Positions 31,330 through 42,044 of a stretch of DNA of 42,044 nucleotides are shown here, one piece after another; positions within the stretch are counted from its first letter, which is position 1, and every line of letters begins with the position of its first letter. A program made the translations under genes and the position numbers. The stretch spans positions 2,982,158 to 3,024,201 of the forward strand of contig NC_057754.1 in NCBI RefSeq assembly GCF_004010195.1, given 5' to 3'. Source of the stretch: Chiloscyllium plagiosum. Its lineage: Eukaryota. A model generated the notes under the pieces. It was not told the DNA's origin. It was given only the letters and a program-made list of their open reading frames with translations, and did no database searches.

Positions 31330-32829
31330 TAATCTCTGGCTATATAGTGAAGTACTTTTGTTATCTTTATTTGCTCTGAGATTATCTTCCTCTCAAATTG
31401 AGTGAGGTGGAAGACTAAGAGGGGAGAAGCCTTTGGCCTTCTCAGTCTGACTCTCGCGAGAAAGGCTTGAAGAGCCCGTGTCCACACCTTCACACACTGT
31501 CCTTCTTTGTTTCACCCAAATGGTAGAGGTGGTATTTCAGCCGAGATCAACTTTCAGCCCTGGGATCAGACAGTCCATGACAGCAATGCATGTCACTTTA
31601 AGAGTAAAACAGAAGAATATTTTCTATTTTAATGTGATCAGAGATGTTATTACACAGCTCTGGAGTAGGTGGGCCTTGAATCTAGGCTCTTGGCTCTGAG
31701 GTAGGGATACTACCACTGTACCACAGAGCCCCAAAGGTAAAGCAGCTCTAGAGTTGGTTGAGAGCAGATGGTACTCGGGGACTTCCTATTATTGGTTAAT
31801 TTTGGAGGGGAGGAGAGAAGGGTGTGCTGGCATAGTATTAATGTTACTAGACTGGTAATCTACATGCTCAGTCTATTGCTTCAGGCACAGGGTTTCAAAT
31901 CCCACCATTGTCAGAGGGTGAAATTTGAATTCAATAAAAGTCTTGGTTAGTTTGCTGGTTTCTTAAAATATGTATTGTTTTAAAGCTGGGTCTTCTCCAA
32001 TGAGAAGTTGGCTCCTGGACAGAGAAAGGGTCCACCAGGGAAAGGTGGCAACTGGTGCTTATTCTAAACTGAAGATTTACAATGAAACCCTTGTAAGTCT
32101 CTGAAAATCTTTTGCTGCCTAATTCAACACATGGTTATTGGTCTGTTCAAAGACAAACCCCACATTCTGGAGAGGGCTCAACATAGGCATCACCTGACAG
32201 TCTAATGTAATCCTGAGAAACCACTGCACTGACGATGTCCTTCCCTTTGAAATGAGCCATCTCCGGTTCTTGGTACTAAGGATGTAATCAGATGTGTTAC
32301 AAAGATGGCTTCACTCCTTTCATGCATCATTAAGGGAAGGCAGTGATACTGTAGTAATGACACAGGACTAATAATCTCAGGCAAATATTCTGGGAACATG
32401 GCTTTGATCCCGTCCTAGGACACATAAAACCTGAATTCCGTTTTGAAAAGGAAACTGGAATAAAGGTTGGTGAAATATGACTGTATAACTGCTGTGATTG
32501 ACATAACAACCAAGGAAAGTCTGCTATCTTGGTTGGGCCAACATGCAATATGTTGACTCTTAATCGCTGTCTGGACAGTATGGGCTGGGCCATAAATGCT
32601 GATCCAGTCAGCAGTATATATATTCCATGAACTAATAAATGCAGTAATAATTCTTCACTGTAATCACTTGGTCAGTGGTGGCAAAACCTTTCATGGATTT
32701 CAGTTGTGAATCTTGTCGTACCAGCATGTCTGACTACCGTGTAACTGTACAGTATTTATTCAGCAAGGTATGATTCTTTCACTGTGCTCCTGATTGATTG
32801 ATTGATCGTGGGTTTCTTTTGTGACGCAG

Positions 32830-32880
32830 GTTGGACTTTTCACAGAAATTGGGCCCATGTCCTGCTTCATCTCAAGACAT
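32830..32880 (+). CDS. POLR2G: RPB7 exon 4 (VGLFTEIGPMSCFISRH)
   Basis: cgcag|GTT...CAT|gtgagt, 51 nt. Confidence 0.97.
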
Positions 32881-33061
32881 GTGAGTAGCCACATTCAAAA
32901 CAACACCTCCATTTAGCTGGTGAATGTGCTATAGTTTGCTACAGTAATCCAGAGAAGATGGATTCAGATTTCTTGAGCGTTTTGAGAATTTGAACTCAGT
33001 TCGGGTAACAGTGACTGTTGAGCCTGTCATTAATCTTTCACCTTGTCTTCTTGTCTCCCAG

Positions 33062-33127
33062 TCAATTCCATCGGAAATGGAGTTTGATCCCAATTCCAAC
33101 CCTCCCTGTTACAAGACCAGTGATGAG
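33062..33127 (+). CDS. POLR2G: RPB7 exon 5 ([22 protein letters not shown])
   Basis: cccag|TCA...GAG|gtatgt, 66 nt. Confidence 0.97.
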
Positions 33128-34045
33128 GTATGTATAAGACATTTGTTAGACCTCAGCTGGAGTATTGTGTACAGTTCTGGGCACCACATCTTATGAAGCA
33201 TGTGAATGTGTTAGAGAGTGCCAGGTGCTAATGTCACTGGTAATCCAGAGACATGGGCTAATATGTTGGTGACACTAGTTCAAGCCTTACCATGGTAATG
33301 TTGAAATTTTAGATTAAAATTATTAATTTGAAAGGTAGGGTCAAAAATGGCGACCGTTAAGCTATTGTCAGTTATCATTTAAAAAATCCACTGGTTCACT
33401 AATGTCCTATTAGGGAAGGAGATTTTCTGTCCTTATCCAGTCTGGCTACTTGTGACTGCAGACCAACAGCAATGTGGTTGACTCTAACTGCCCTCTGGAA
33501 TGGCTGAGTGTGCCACTCAGACCGAGGGCGATTAGGAATGTGCAACAACCAGCAACATAAAAATGTTAAATGATCAGGAGCAGAGTAACAAAATCAAAAT
33601 GAAACTTAACAAATTTGTTGAAATGCCATTTTGGAGGAATGTGATACACTGCAGCCTCTGGCATCGACCAGTCAGCCTTGATGCTGTGTTTTTTGTCAAA
33701 ACTAAAATTCAATTTTAAATAAAAATAACAAAGGGAAACTGTGTGACATAAATCAAATGTTCAAAATGAGTTGAAAAAGTGCTTAAGGTGGCAACAGTAC
33801 AGTCCAGCTCCTGTGAAAGGCCTGTAGTGTGCCAGTGGGCACTATATGTCCCCTTTCCAAGGACACCCAATCTTTTTTTTTTGTTAATTTTAATCCACTT
33901 ATGTGGATATGCTGTGATGCACACCCTTGGGGCAAGGTTGGACCTGAACTTCAGAATGTTTGGGCTCAGATAGCAACATGACAACAACACCACATGCTCT
34001 TGTACCTTTTTCTGTGCTTTTGAAATAATTGATATTAGACCAATT

Positions 34046-34650
34046 TACAGAGGAACCTCAATTATCTGAACAAGATGGAAGGGCGGTATTTCGTTCGGAT
34101 AATTAATTATTCGGTTAATAGATTTAAATGCCTTTCCTCTGAGGCTAGGAGTTTTTAAGTCTGCTCCCCATTCAGGAGACTAGGAAGGAGCACACCGCAT
34201 GCGAACCACCCCCACCCCACCGTCCAACAATGCCCCCACCGCTCCACCAATCCCGTACTACAGCACCAGCACCACCACACACACACACACATACACAACC
34301 CGCCCACCCTGGCAGCTGGACTGGACACCAATAACAAGACTGCTGCTGCTGCCTTTGTGGGGTAAGTCTCTCCATGTTGCGCGTGCGCACACATCTTTTT
34401 GCTGCAACCTTTTGACAGGTTCCACCTTTTCCCCATACAAGACAATGTTGGAGAGATTATCTGGGGAATGGGGGGGGGTTTCAGGTACACCCCTCTGTAG
34501 AACTCCAGGAAAAGTGTGGTGGGTGGGGGGGAGGGAGAGAGAGTGGAAGGTCAGTCATTTGGAGACGGTGCCTGTTTAATCACTGTAAGCAAAACACGCG
34601 ATCAGTGTTGGAAACACGTCTTTGATGTAATGTTTCTATCGGGATCTTGA
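34046..34650. mobile_element. Probable Tc1/mariner-pogo (Tigger-like) non-autonomous element; right TIR not found
   Basis: TA + cagaggaacctcaattatctgaac TIR-like start with an internal inverted subrepeat gttcggataatt. Confidence 0.5.
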
Positions 34651-34684
34651 GACCCAAATTAAAAGTGAACAGTACTTTTAAGTG

Positions 34685-34750
34685 CTGAAAAATGTGTTGC
34701 TGGAAAAGCGCAGCAGGTCAGGCAGCATCCAAGGAACAGGAGAATGGACG
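34685..34750 (-). mobile_element. 66-bp Penelope-pLTR fragment, 15-bp TSD cagtacttttaagtg
   Basis: TSD at 34670-34684 and 34751-34765; insert is the reverse complement of ~26794-26858. Confidence 0.88.
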
Positions 34751-35280
34751 CAGTACTTTTAAGTGGTACTGTAATAAAAATGAGCATGCTGTAATGATAA
34801 ATCTCCCTCTACCCTTTTTAATCATCCAATAAAAGAACTGTTAATCAAACTGACAAGTAATAGCCCCTCAAAAAGCCGCTGTACAGCTGTCAGCATCTCC
34901 ATAACCCGCTCCATTTTCCAAGATATCTGCCCTCATAATTTTGGCCGCTAGTGCAATCCCAATTCTCATTGCCCACACAGAGCACTGTGGCCAGCTCAGA
35001 TTTAGAAAGCAACTCTTCCCACTTCCCAAAAGGATTGAGGGCCCCCAGTCTCTCCCTCCTTAAACCTCTTCACTTCTCTACTTAGTTTTGAGGAGCTCTT
35101 AAAAAGGAACAGAGTCTGTCCAAATTCGTGGTAATCTCATCTAATATCGTGGCTTGGTGTCATGGTTTGATTATAATGTTTTTGTCAGATGTCTTGGATC
35201 ACTTTGATTTTTGAAGTTGCCATATGAATATAACATTAGTAAAAAGTGCAGATCTCCTCACTGTGTGGCTTCACTTTCAG

Positions 35281-35352
35281 GACATCGTTATCCAACAAGA
35301 TGATGAAATTCGATTGAAGGTAGTAGGAACTAGAGTTGATAAGAATGACATA
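35281..35352 (+). CDS. POLR2G: RPB7 exon 6 ([24 protein letters not shown])
   Basis: tttcag|GAC...ATA|gtaagt, 72 nt. Confidence 0.97.
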
Positions 35353-35642
35353 GTAAGTACAAGGTCCAGTCCTCCACTGACTGGTTTATAATGGCTGTCT
35401 GTGTATTGGATGATTTAAGTGATTTTTTAAAAAAATATATTTTGCTCTATTTGTGCCTCTGTCAGTAAGTGTACTGAGACTGTTGGAACTTACTGAGATA
35501 GGGTGTTAGAAATCAATTCTCGCTATTCCTGGTGTTATCACAGAAGTTAAAGATTTTTGTAAAGTGCACAAAGTTTCCCATTTTTCAGACCAGGCTGATG
35601 GAAAGCACAAATTCTTTCTGTACTCAGCAAGAATTACTAATT

Positions 35643-36360
35643 AGAGATAGTCATAGCATGGAAACAGACTCTTCGGTCCAATCTGTCCATGCTGACAGAT
35701 ATCCCAACCCAATCTAGTCCCACCTGCCAGCACCTGGCCCATATCCCTCCAAACCCTTCCTATTCATATACCCATCCAGATGCCTTGTAAATGTTGCAAT
35801 TGTACCAGCCTCCACCACTTCCTCTGGCAGCTCATTCCATACACGTACCACCCTCTGTGTGAAAAGGTTGCCCCNNNNNATCTTTTCTGAACCCTTTCAC
35901 AACATCCTTCCGATAGGAAGGAGACCAGAATTGCACACAATATTCCAGCAGTGGCCTAACCAATGTTTTGAACAGCCGCAACATGATCTCCCAACTCCTG
36001 TACTCAATACTCTGACCAATAAAAGAAAGCATATCAAACGCCACCTTCAGTATCCTATCTACCTGCGACTCCACTTTCAAGGAGCTATGAACCTGCACTC
36101 CAAGGTCTCTTTGTTCAGCAACACTCCCTAGGACCTTAAGTGTATAAGGCCTGCTAAGATTTGCTTTCCCAAAATTCAGCATGTCGCATTTATCTGCATT
36201 AAACTCCATCTGCCACTTCTCAGCCCATTGGCCCATCTGGTCCAGATCCTGTTGTAATCTGAGGTAACCGTCTTCGCTGTCCACTACACCTCCAATTTTG
36301 GTGTCAGCTGCAAATTTACTAACTGTACCTCTTCTGCTCGCATCCAAATCATTTATGTAA
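35643..36360 (-). mobile_element. CR1 LINE RT C-terminal part and 3' end (small internal gap)
   Basis: [50 protein letters not shown]. Confidence 0.92.
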
Positions 36361-37383
36361 ATTCTTAATAAGTACTTAAACTCTTACCTTCAGGTAGACA
36401 GTTACAAACAGTTGTTACGTAATAATATAATTAAAACTCTAGACTTATAAACCCCACCCCCTCTTTCACAAGCAGACCGATGCAAACGGACTGAAAATTG
36501 GTTATTAGATACAGGAAAACAGTTGAAGAAACAGTTCAGCAGTTTTTGTTCCCAGGTTCTGTTGAGATTACCCTAATGATTCTTCTGCTGGCCACCACAT
36601 TGCTTCAATCGTCTTTCCCCTGATGCTTTTACTGGCTGGTTCACTTGTGAGAGGTCTCTGACTTAGAAATTAACAGCCATAGTTTACAATACAGTACTAA
36701 CTAATTTTGACTGCACAGAATAGAGAGAGACAATTCCTGAGCTGGGGAAGAACTGAACATACCCTGCCTCTCTGTCTGTCAATAACTTGTTCCCAGCTCC
36801 AAGCTATTCAGTTACCTGAGAACCAATCTCTCAGATGTTGGCAGGCAAAAGGTCTCTGCTGTTGGCCACTCGTCCGTGACCAATCAAGTTGTTGCCAACA
36901 AGAGCAGCATCAATACGCTCACAATCATCTTCAACTCGAACGTCTATTACTTCTTGTTAGAGCTGTTTACACGATGCTTTGCTTGGGTAGTCACAGCGCA
37001 ACAGCCTCACCTGCACTTAAAGACTCCATGCACAGTTTATTTCTGTGATGAGTGAGGTTCTCCCTCCAGCACCCCCACCCCCCAACAACCAAGGTCTGCG
37101 TGCAACAGCAACTTCTGAAGAGAGAGCCATTCATCAGCACATTGATTTGTATGTGAGGAGCTTCCCTGCAATTTGGGAGGGACGTTAGTGAGGGAGCGTT
37201 AGTTCCTCGCCCTGAGGGACTAACCCACACACAGGTGCCGGCTCCAGCTGTACCTCTTTCATACATGGCTGAAGGTTCTACAATGCTTTGAAGAATGTCA
37301 CCAGAACCAGCTGCTGGTATTTGGTCTTTCCGTTGAGGGTTATTTGTTGCTCTGATAACCCGTGCTCTTCGTTTCCCTTCCAG

Positions 37384-37417
37384 TTCGCTATTGGCTCTCT
37401 GATGGATGATTACTTGG
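37384..37417 (+). CDS. POLR2G: RPB7 exon 7 (FAIGSLMDDYL-G)
   Basis: ttccag|TTC...TTGG|gtaagc, 34 nt. Confidence 0.96.
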
Positions 37418-37982
37418 GTAAGCCTTGGTTTCTGTTGCTAAGTGTACAGTTGGGTGGTTTGAAGGGTGGCCGTGTGAGATTGAGTTGCGGGGAGTAACAG
37501 CTGAGGCCACAACCCCCACCCCCCACACACACACAAACACACACACTGGGCAGATGTGAATTAGTTTCACCAAGTGAGAAGGAAGGTTCCCTGTCTTATT
37601 GTCTGGGAGGGAGGGACAGATCAGAAAGGAGGCTGGGCAAACGGCAGGGGGGTGGGCGGTTTTAGGGAACAGCCATCCACAATCTTCCAAGCAGTGCTTT
37701 GAGGCTAATACCCTTCGTGTTTCAAAATGGAAATGAGTTGAGGAAAGCTGTCTCAATCTCGCAGCGTTATGTTAGCTCGCATTGAAATTTTAGTGACTGG
37801 GGTGTTTGCTGTGGGAGAAATCCTCTTTACCTGACTGACAGCAACAGGAAGTGCCTTACTGGAGCCTGCAACATTCTCTCGCAGGGAAGGAAGGGCTGGG
37901 TCTGGTTTTTTTAAAAATTGTTTTGTGTATGTTGTGCATCGTGGCCCTTTTGATTAAACATTGTTCTTTCTTCCTGCACCAG

Positions 37983-37996
37983 GGTTGGTGAGCTAA
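37983..37996 (+). CDS. POLR2G: RPB7 exon 8 coding part (G-LVS*); total CDS 519 nt = 172 aa + stop
   Basis: ccag|GGTTGGTGAGCTAA; phases of all 8 exons join. Confidence 0.93.
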
Positions 37997-38650
37997 AGTT
38001 GTCACCTGGCCTCCAACAATGAAGCGGGCAGCACCCAGAGACAATCTAGTTTCTTCCCCAAAGCGCTGTCCCTGTTTGAGCATTCGCTCACTGGGGACCT
38101 CTGCCTGTGATTGCATTAGTTATTACACCGAAGCCCCTGGTTCAAGCAGAATCTGAGAAACAGCAGCCTCATTTGACAACCCAGGATTACACCTTGCAAA
38201 ACCTGCCCTAATTTGAATTTGACATGGCGTTCCTACTCTCCTCTTCTGACATTGGGCACGTCTCTCTGTTGTCCTCCCCCCAAAAAAAAAGCTTCTCCTT
38301 GCTGCCTTTCAACGGTGACTCGATAAAACTGAAGAAAAGGCCCCTAGACTGACCTGATTGATATCCATTATGGTGCCTCATTCTGGAACACAGATTGCGA
38401 GTGCTGAATCTACCTTAAGTTTTGGACCCCACCAGCAGGCTGCAAGCACGTTCAAACCTGACCCTCTTCCACTGAGCTGTCCCGTTTCTTCATCTCGATC
38501 GGTTAATTGGTTTGTCAGGGATTTAAGATGTTGTCTAAGATCTTTTGATGTCTGGCATTGTGCTTTTGAATGCAAATGGAGATTTGAGATTCATATGTCT
38601 TTTTAAAAGCATTCCTCATTCTTTTGTATATATTTGTGGTAGGTTATTCT

Positions 38651-38656
38651 AATAAA
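38651..38656 (+). terminator. POLR2G: POLR2G polyadenylation signal
   Basis: First AATAAA seen after the stop, followed by the T/GT-rich tract gtgtttttgttttttt. Confidence 0.7.
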
Positions 38657-39014
38657 GAAAATTTTTTATTGCACTGGAAAATTAGTGTTTTTGTTTTTTT
38701 TGCACAAAATTTGCATACTAAAGTTTGCAGATTCTTCAACTTCTGTGTAATTTACATCCTGAGTAGCTTTCCTATATTAAGGAGACCAGAACTGAATGCG
38801 GTATTTTAACATATAGAAACTATTATTGTTTCTAGCTAGCTTGCTCTTCTACTCTTAATTTTAACTGCTTTGTTAATATTTCAGTTTTTAAAAATATATT
38901 CTCTTTAAATTGATTAAATTTAAGCTTGTCAATTAGTATAAACTGACTTAAATGCACCCAGGAATGAAACAAGCTGTAAAATCAGTACATTTTTAAAAAT
39001 ACGCATCGGAAATT

Positions 39015-39900
39015 AAGCAATAATCACTGCTTTTTGTGATTTTTATAAAAGACTTTGGATGAGGAAGTGGAAGAGGTGATGGTGGGTTAGTAAGTTTGCT
39101 GATGTCACGAAGGTTGGTGGAGTTGTGGAAAGTGTGGAGGACTGTTGTAGGTTCAACGGGACATTGGCAGGATGCACAGCTGGCTAAGTAATAGCAGATG
39201 GAGTTCAACTCAGAAAAGTGCAAAGTCATTCACTTTGGAAAGTTGAATTTGAATGCAGAATACGGAGTTAAAGGCAGGATTCTTGGCAGTGTAGAGGAAC
39301 AGAGGGATCTTGGGGTCCATATCAATAGATCCCTCAAACTTGCCACCCAGGTTGATAGGGTTGTTAAGAAGACGTATGGTGTATTGACTTTCATTAGCAG
39401 GGGTATTGAGTTTCAGAACCACAAAGCTATGCTGCAGCTCTATAGAGCCCTGGTTAGGCCACGCTTGGAAATATTGTATTCAGTTCTGGTCGCCTCAGTA
39501 GAAGCTTTGGAGAGGGAGCAGAAGACACTTGCCAGGATGTTGCCTGGATTGGAGGACATGACTTCTGAAGAAAGGTTGAGGGTGTGAGGGCTTTTCTCAT
39601 TGGAACAAAGAAGAATGAGTTGTGACTTGATAGGGGTGTACAAGGTGTTCAGAGGCATAGACAGAGCATTTTTCCCACGGTGGAAATGTCTATCACAAGG
39701 GGACAAAATTTTAAGGTAATTGGACGAAGGGTTAGGGGAGATGTCAAGAGGTAGGTTCTTTGCACAGAGAGTGGTGAATGCATGGAATGCACTGCCTGCG
39801 GTGGTAATAGAGTCAGAGACATTAGGGGCATTTAAGCGACTCTTGGATAGGCACCTGGAAGTTAGTACAATGAAGGGTGTGTAGGTTAATGTGATTATTA
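39015..39900 (+). mobile_element. CR1 LINE RT/3' fragment
   Basis: SKFADVTKVGG, MEFNSEKCKVIHFG..EQRDLGV..LVRPRLE. Confidence 0.9.
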
Positions 39901-40190
39901 GATTAGATTCCCTTCAGTGGGGAAACAGACCCTTCAGCCCAACAAGTCCACACCGACCCTCTGAAGAGTAACCCACCCAGACGCACTTCCCTCTGATTAA
40001 TGCACCTGACACTATGGCCAATTTACCTAACCGGCACATCTTTGTGACTGTGGGAGGAAACCGGAGCACCCAGAGGAAACCCACACTGACAGGAGGAGAA
40101 TGTGCAAACTCCACGCAGACAATCACCCGAGGCTGGAATCGAACCTGGGACCCTGGTGCTGTGAGGTAGCAGTGCTAACCACTGAGCCAA
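39900..40190 (-). mobile_element. V-SINE
   Basis: Tail attagattagattccc; head gtgctaaccactgagcca. Confidence 0.88.
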
Positions 40191-40502
40191 CGTGTGATAA
40201 AGGGCCAGAACAACAACGAGTGCTGAAGGACATGCACTGTTCTCTGCTTACGTTTCAAGTGGGTACAGTAAGAATATTCTGTCTCTGTTGACAGCAGTTC
40301 ATACAATATTGAAAAACAAGTTGTTCCAAAGGGAGCTGACACTGACGTTGAGGCAGAGGGCTAGTTGCACTGAGGGGCTTCCAAGGACCTACTGTGTCAA
40401 TATCAAACTTAATAGTATCTTTACATATTCGGCTACAAATACCTGCGTGGAACAGAGCAAGGTCAACTATGGTGGGGCCAGATATGTCACTTTATAATAT
40501 GC

Positions 40503-40785
40503 AGAATCCTTACGGTGTGGAAACAGGCCCTTCAGCCCAGCAAGTCCACACCGATTCTCCAGAGAGTATCCCACCCAGACCCATTTCCCTACATTTACCC
40601 CTAACTAATGCACCTAACCTACACATCCCTGGACACTATGGGTAATTTAGCATAGCCAATCCGCCTAACCTGCACATCTTTGGATTGTGGGAGGCAACCA
40701 ACGCAGGCAGTCGCCCAAGGCTGGAATCGAACGTTGATCCCTGGCACTGTGAGGCAGCAGTGCTAACCACTGAGCCAACATGCTG
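40503..40785 (-). mobile_element. V-SINE
   Basis: Same family as 39900-40190. Confidence 0.85.
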
Positions 40786-40789
40786 TCCC

Positions 40790-41292
40790 TGGGTACATTA
40801 CTGGTAAGGATGGTCTGTCACCATATATCACTGAGCTTAAGACATAGTGGGGACAGATCTTGTCACTGTAACTGTATTGGATGACAGTATTGGTGTGGAC
40901 AGGTCTGTTACTGTAAGACATTGGGGTACAGTACTGGCAGGGACAGATATAACACAATATTGCACTGGCTACAGTACTAATGCAAACAGATCTGTCACTA
41001 TATACCACTGGAGTTCAGTCCTGGTGGGAACAGGTCAGTCATTGTCTCACAGAGGTACAGTGTTGCTGGGGACAGATTTGTCACTGTAGAACACAGGGAC
41101 TGTACTGGTGGGGACAGGTCTGTCCCCTGTGTAAAGCTGGGGAACAGTACTGGTTAGATAAATCTGCCTATGTGTAACACTGGGGAACAGTACTGGTGGG
41201 ACAGATGTGTCCATGTGTATCACTGATGGGCAATACCTTTGAGGACAGGTCTGTCCCTGTATATCACTGGTGGACTGTACTGGTGGGACAAG
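40790..41292. repeat. Degenerate ~40-44-bp minisatellite (gtactggtggggacaggtctgtcactgtatatcactggggtaca-like), roughly 11-12 units
   Basis: Recurring (g)tactgg..gggacag.tctgtc.ctgt motifs. Confidence 0.8.
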
Positions 41293-41339
41293 AGTTATTT
41301 ATTAGATATAGACAACTGGTGTCAAAATAATCTGTTGAA

Positions 41340-42044
41340 GGGGATAAAGAGTGTCGGGGCATGCCTAAGAGGGATATCAGGAGGGCAAAAATGAGATATT
41401 AGATTGCCTTGGCAGATAAGGTTAAGGATAATCTAAAGAGATTTAACAAGTACATGAAGAGCAAGAGAACAACTAGGGAGAGAACGGAGCCCCTCAAAGG
41501 TCAACAAGGTCAAGTACGTGTTGAACCTCAGGAGATGGGAGAGATATTAAATGGATATTTGGAGTCAAGTTTTACAGTGGAGAAAGACATGGAGCCCAGA
41601 GAACATGGGGAAATAAATACTGGTGTATTGAAAATAGTTCACATTACAGAAGAGGGAGTGCTGGATAACGGTGGAATTGTTGCGAGTGATGAATAAATAT
41701 GTCCCTCTGAGACAGGCAAGAAGGGGTAAGATAAAGGAACCTTGGATGACGAGAGCGGTGGAGCTTCTCGTCAAAAGGATGAAAGTAGCTTACATAAGGT
41801 GGAGGAAGCTAGGGTCAAGCTCAGCTCTAGAGGATTACAGGCAGGCGAGGAAGGAGCTCAAAAATGGTCTGAGGAGAGCCAGAAGGGGGCATGAGAAAGG
41901 CTTGGCAGAACGGATTAGGGAGAACACAAAGGCATTTTACACTTATGTGAGGAATAAGAGAATGGTCAAAGAAAGAGGGCCGATCAGGGATAGCATAGGG
42001 AATTCGTGTGTGGAGTCTGAGGAGGTAGGGGAAGCCCTAAATGA
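41340..42044 (+). mobile_element. Two consecutive CR1 ORF2 fragments (~41340-41665 and ~41667 to window end)
   Basis: LADKVKDNLKRFNKYMKSKR..EPQEMGEILN; then KYVPLRQ..EPWMTR..LAERIRENTKAFYTYVRNKR. Confidence 0.85.

Noticed and set aside
40790..41292. Regularly spaced repeats resembling a CRISPR array
   Set aside because: Whole units are mutually similar, with no unique spacers; ordinary vertebrate minisatellite and no cas genes

Overview
Gappy eukaryotic genomic scaffold from a cartilaginous fish. The shark assignment is inferred from the HE1/V-SINE, CR1 and Penelope repeat landscape; a bamboo-shark-like species is likely but not provable here. The genes match a cluster found at human 11q12.3-q13.1: the first coding exon of GNG3 (minus), the 3' part of the giant terminal AHNAK exon with 194-aa near-identical repeats plus its 3'UTR, an isolated terminal exon of ZFPL1, and a complete 8-exon POLR2G/RPB7 gene (172 aa) behind a CpG-island promoter. 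The rest is mostly retroelements. N-gaps lie at 1053-1836, 2818-3630, 5136-5635, 22792-23287 and 35875-35879. I see no prokaryote-type system and nothing I can prove is a new biological system. The best leads are: (i) a TSD-bounded Penelope element with ~0.9-kb inverted pLTRs, a 34-bp tail and decayed hammerhead-like motifs, nested SINE>Penelope>CR1; (ii) two tiny Penelope-pLTR-derived insertions, each with a perfect 15-bp TSD; (iii) an unrecognised, well-spliced minus-strand exon suggesting an unannotated gene divergent from POLR2G; (iv) the orphan ZFPL1 exon lying directly upstream of the POLR2G promoter.
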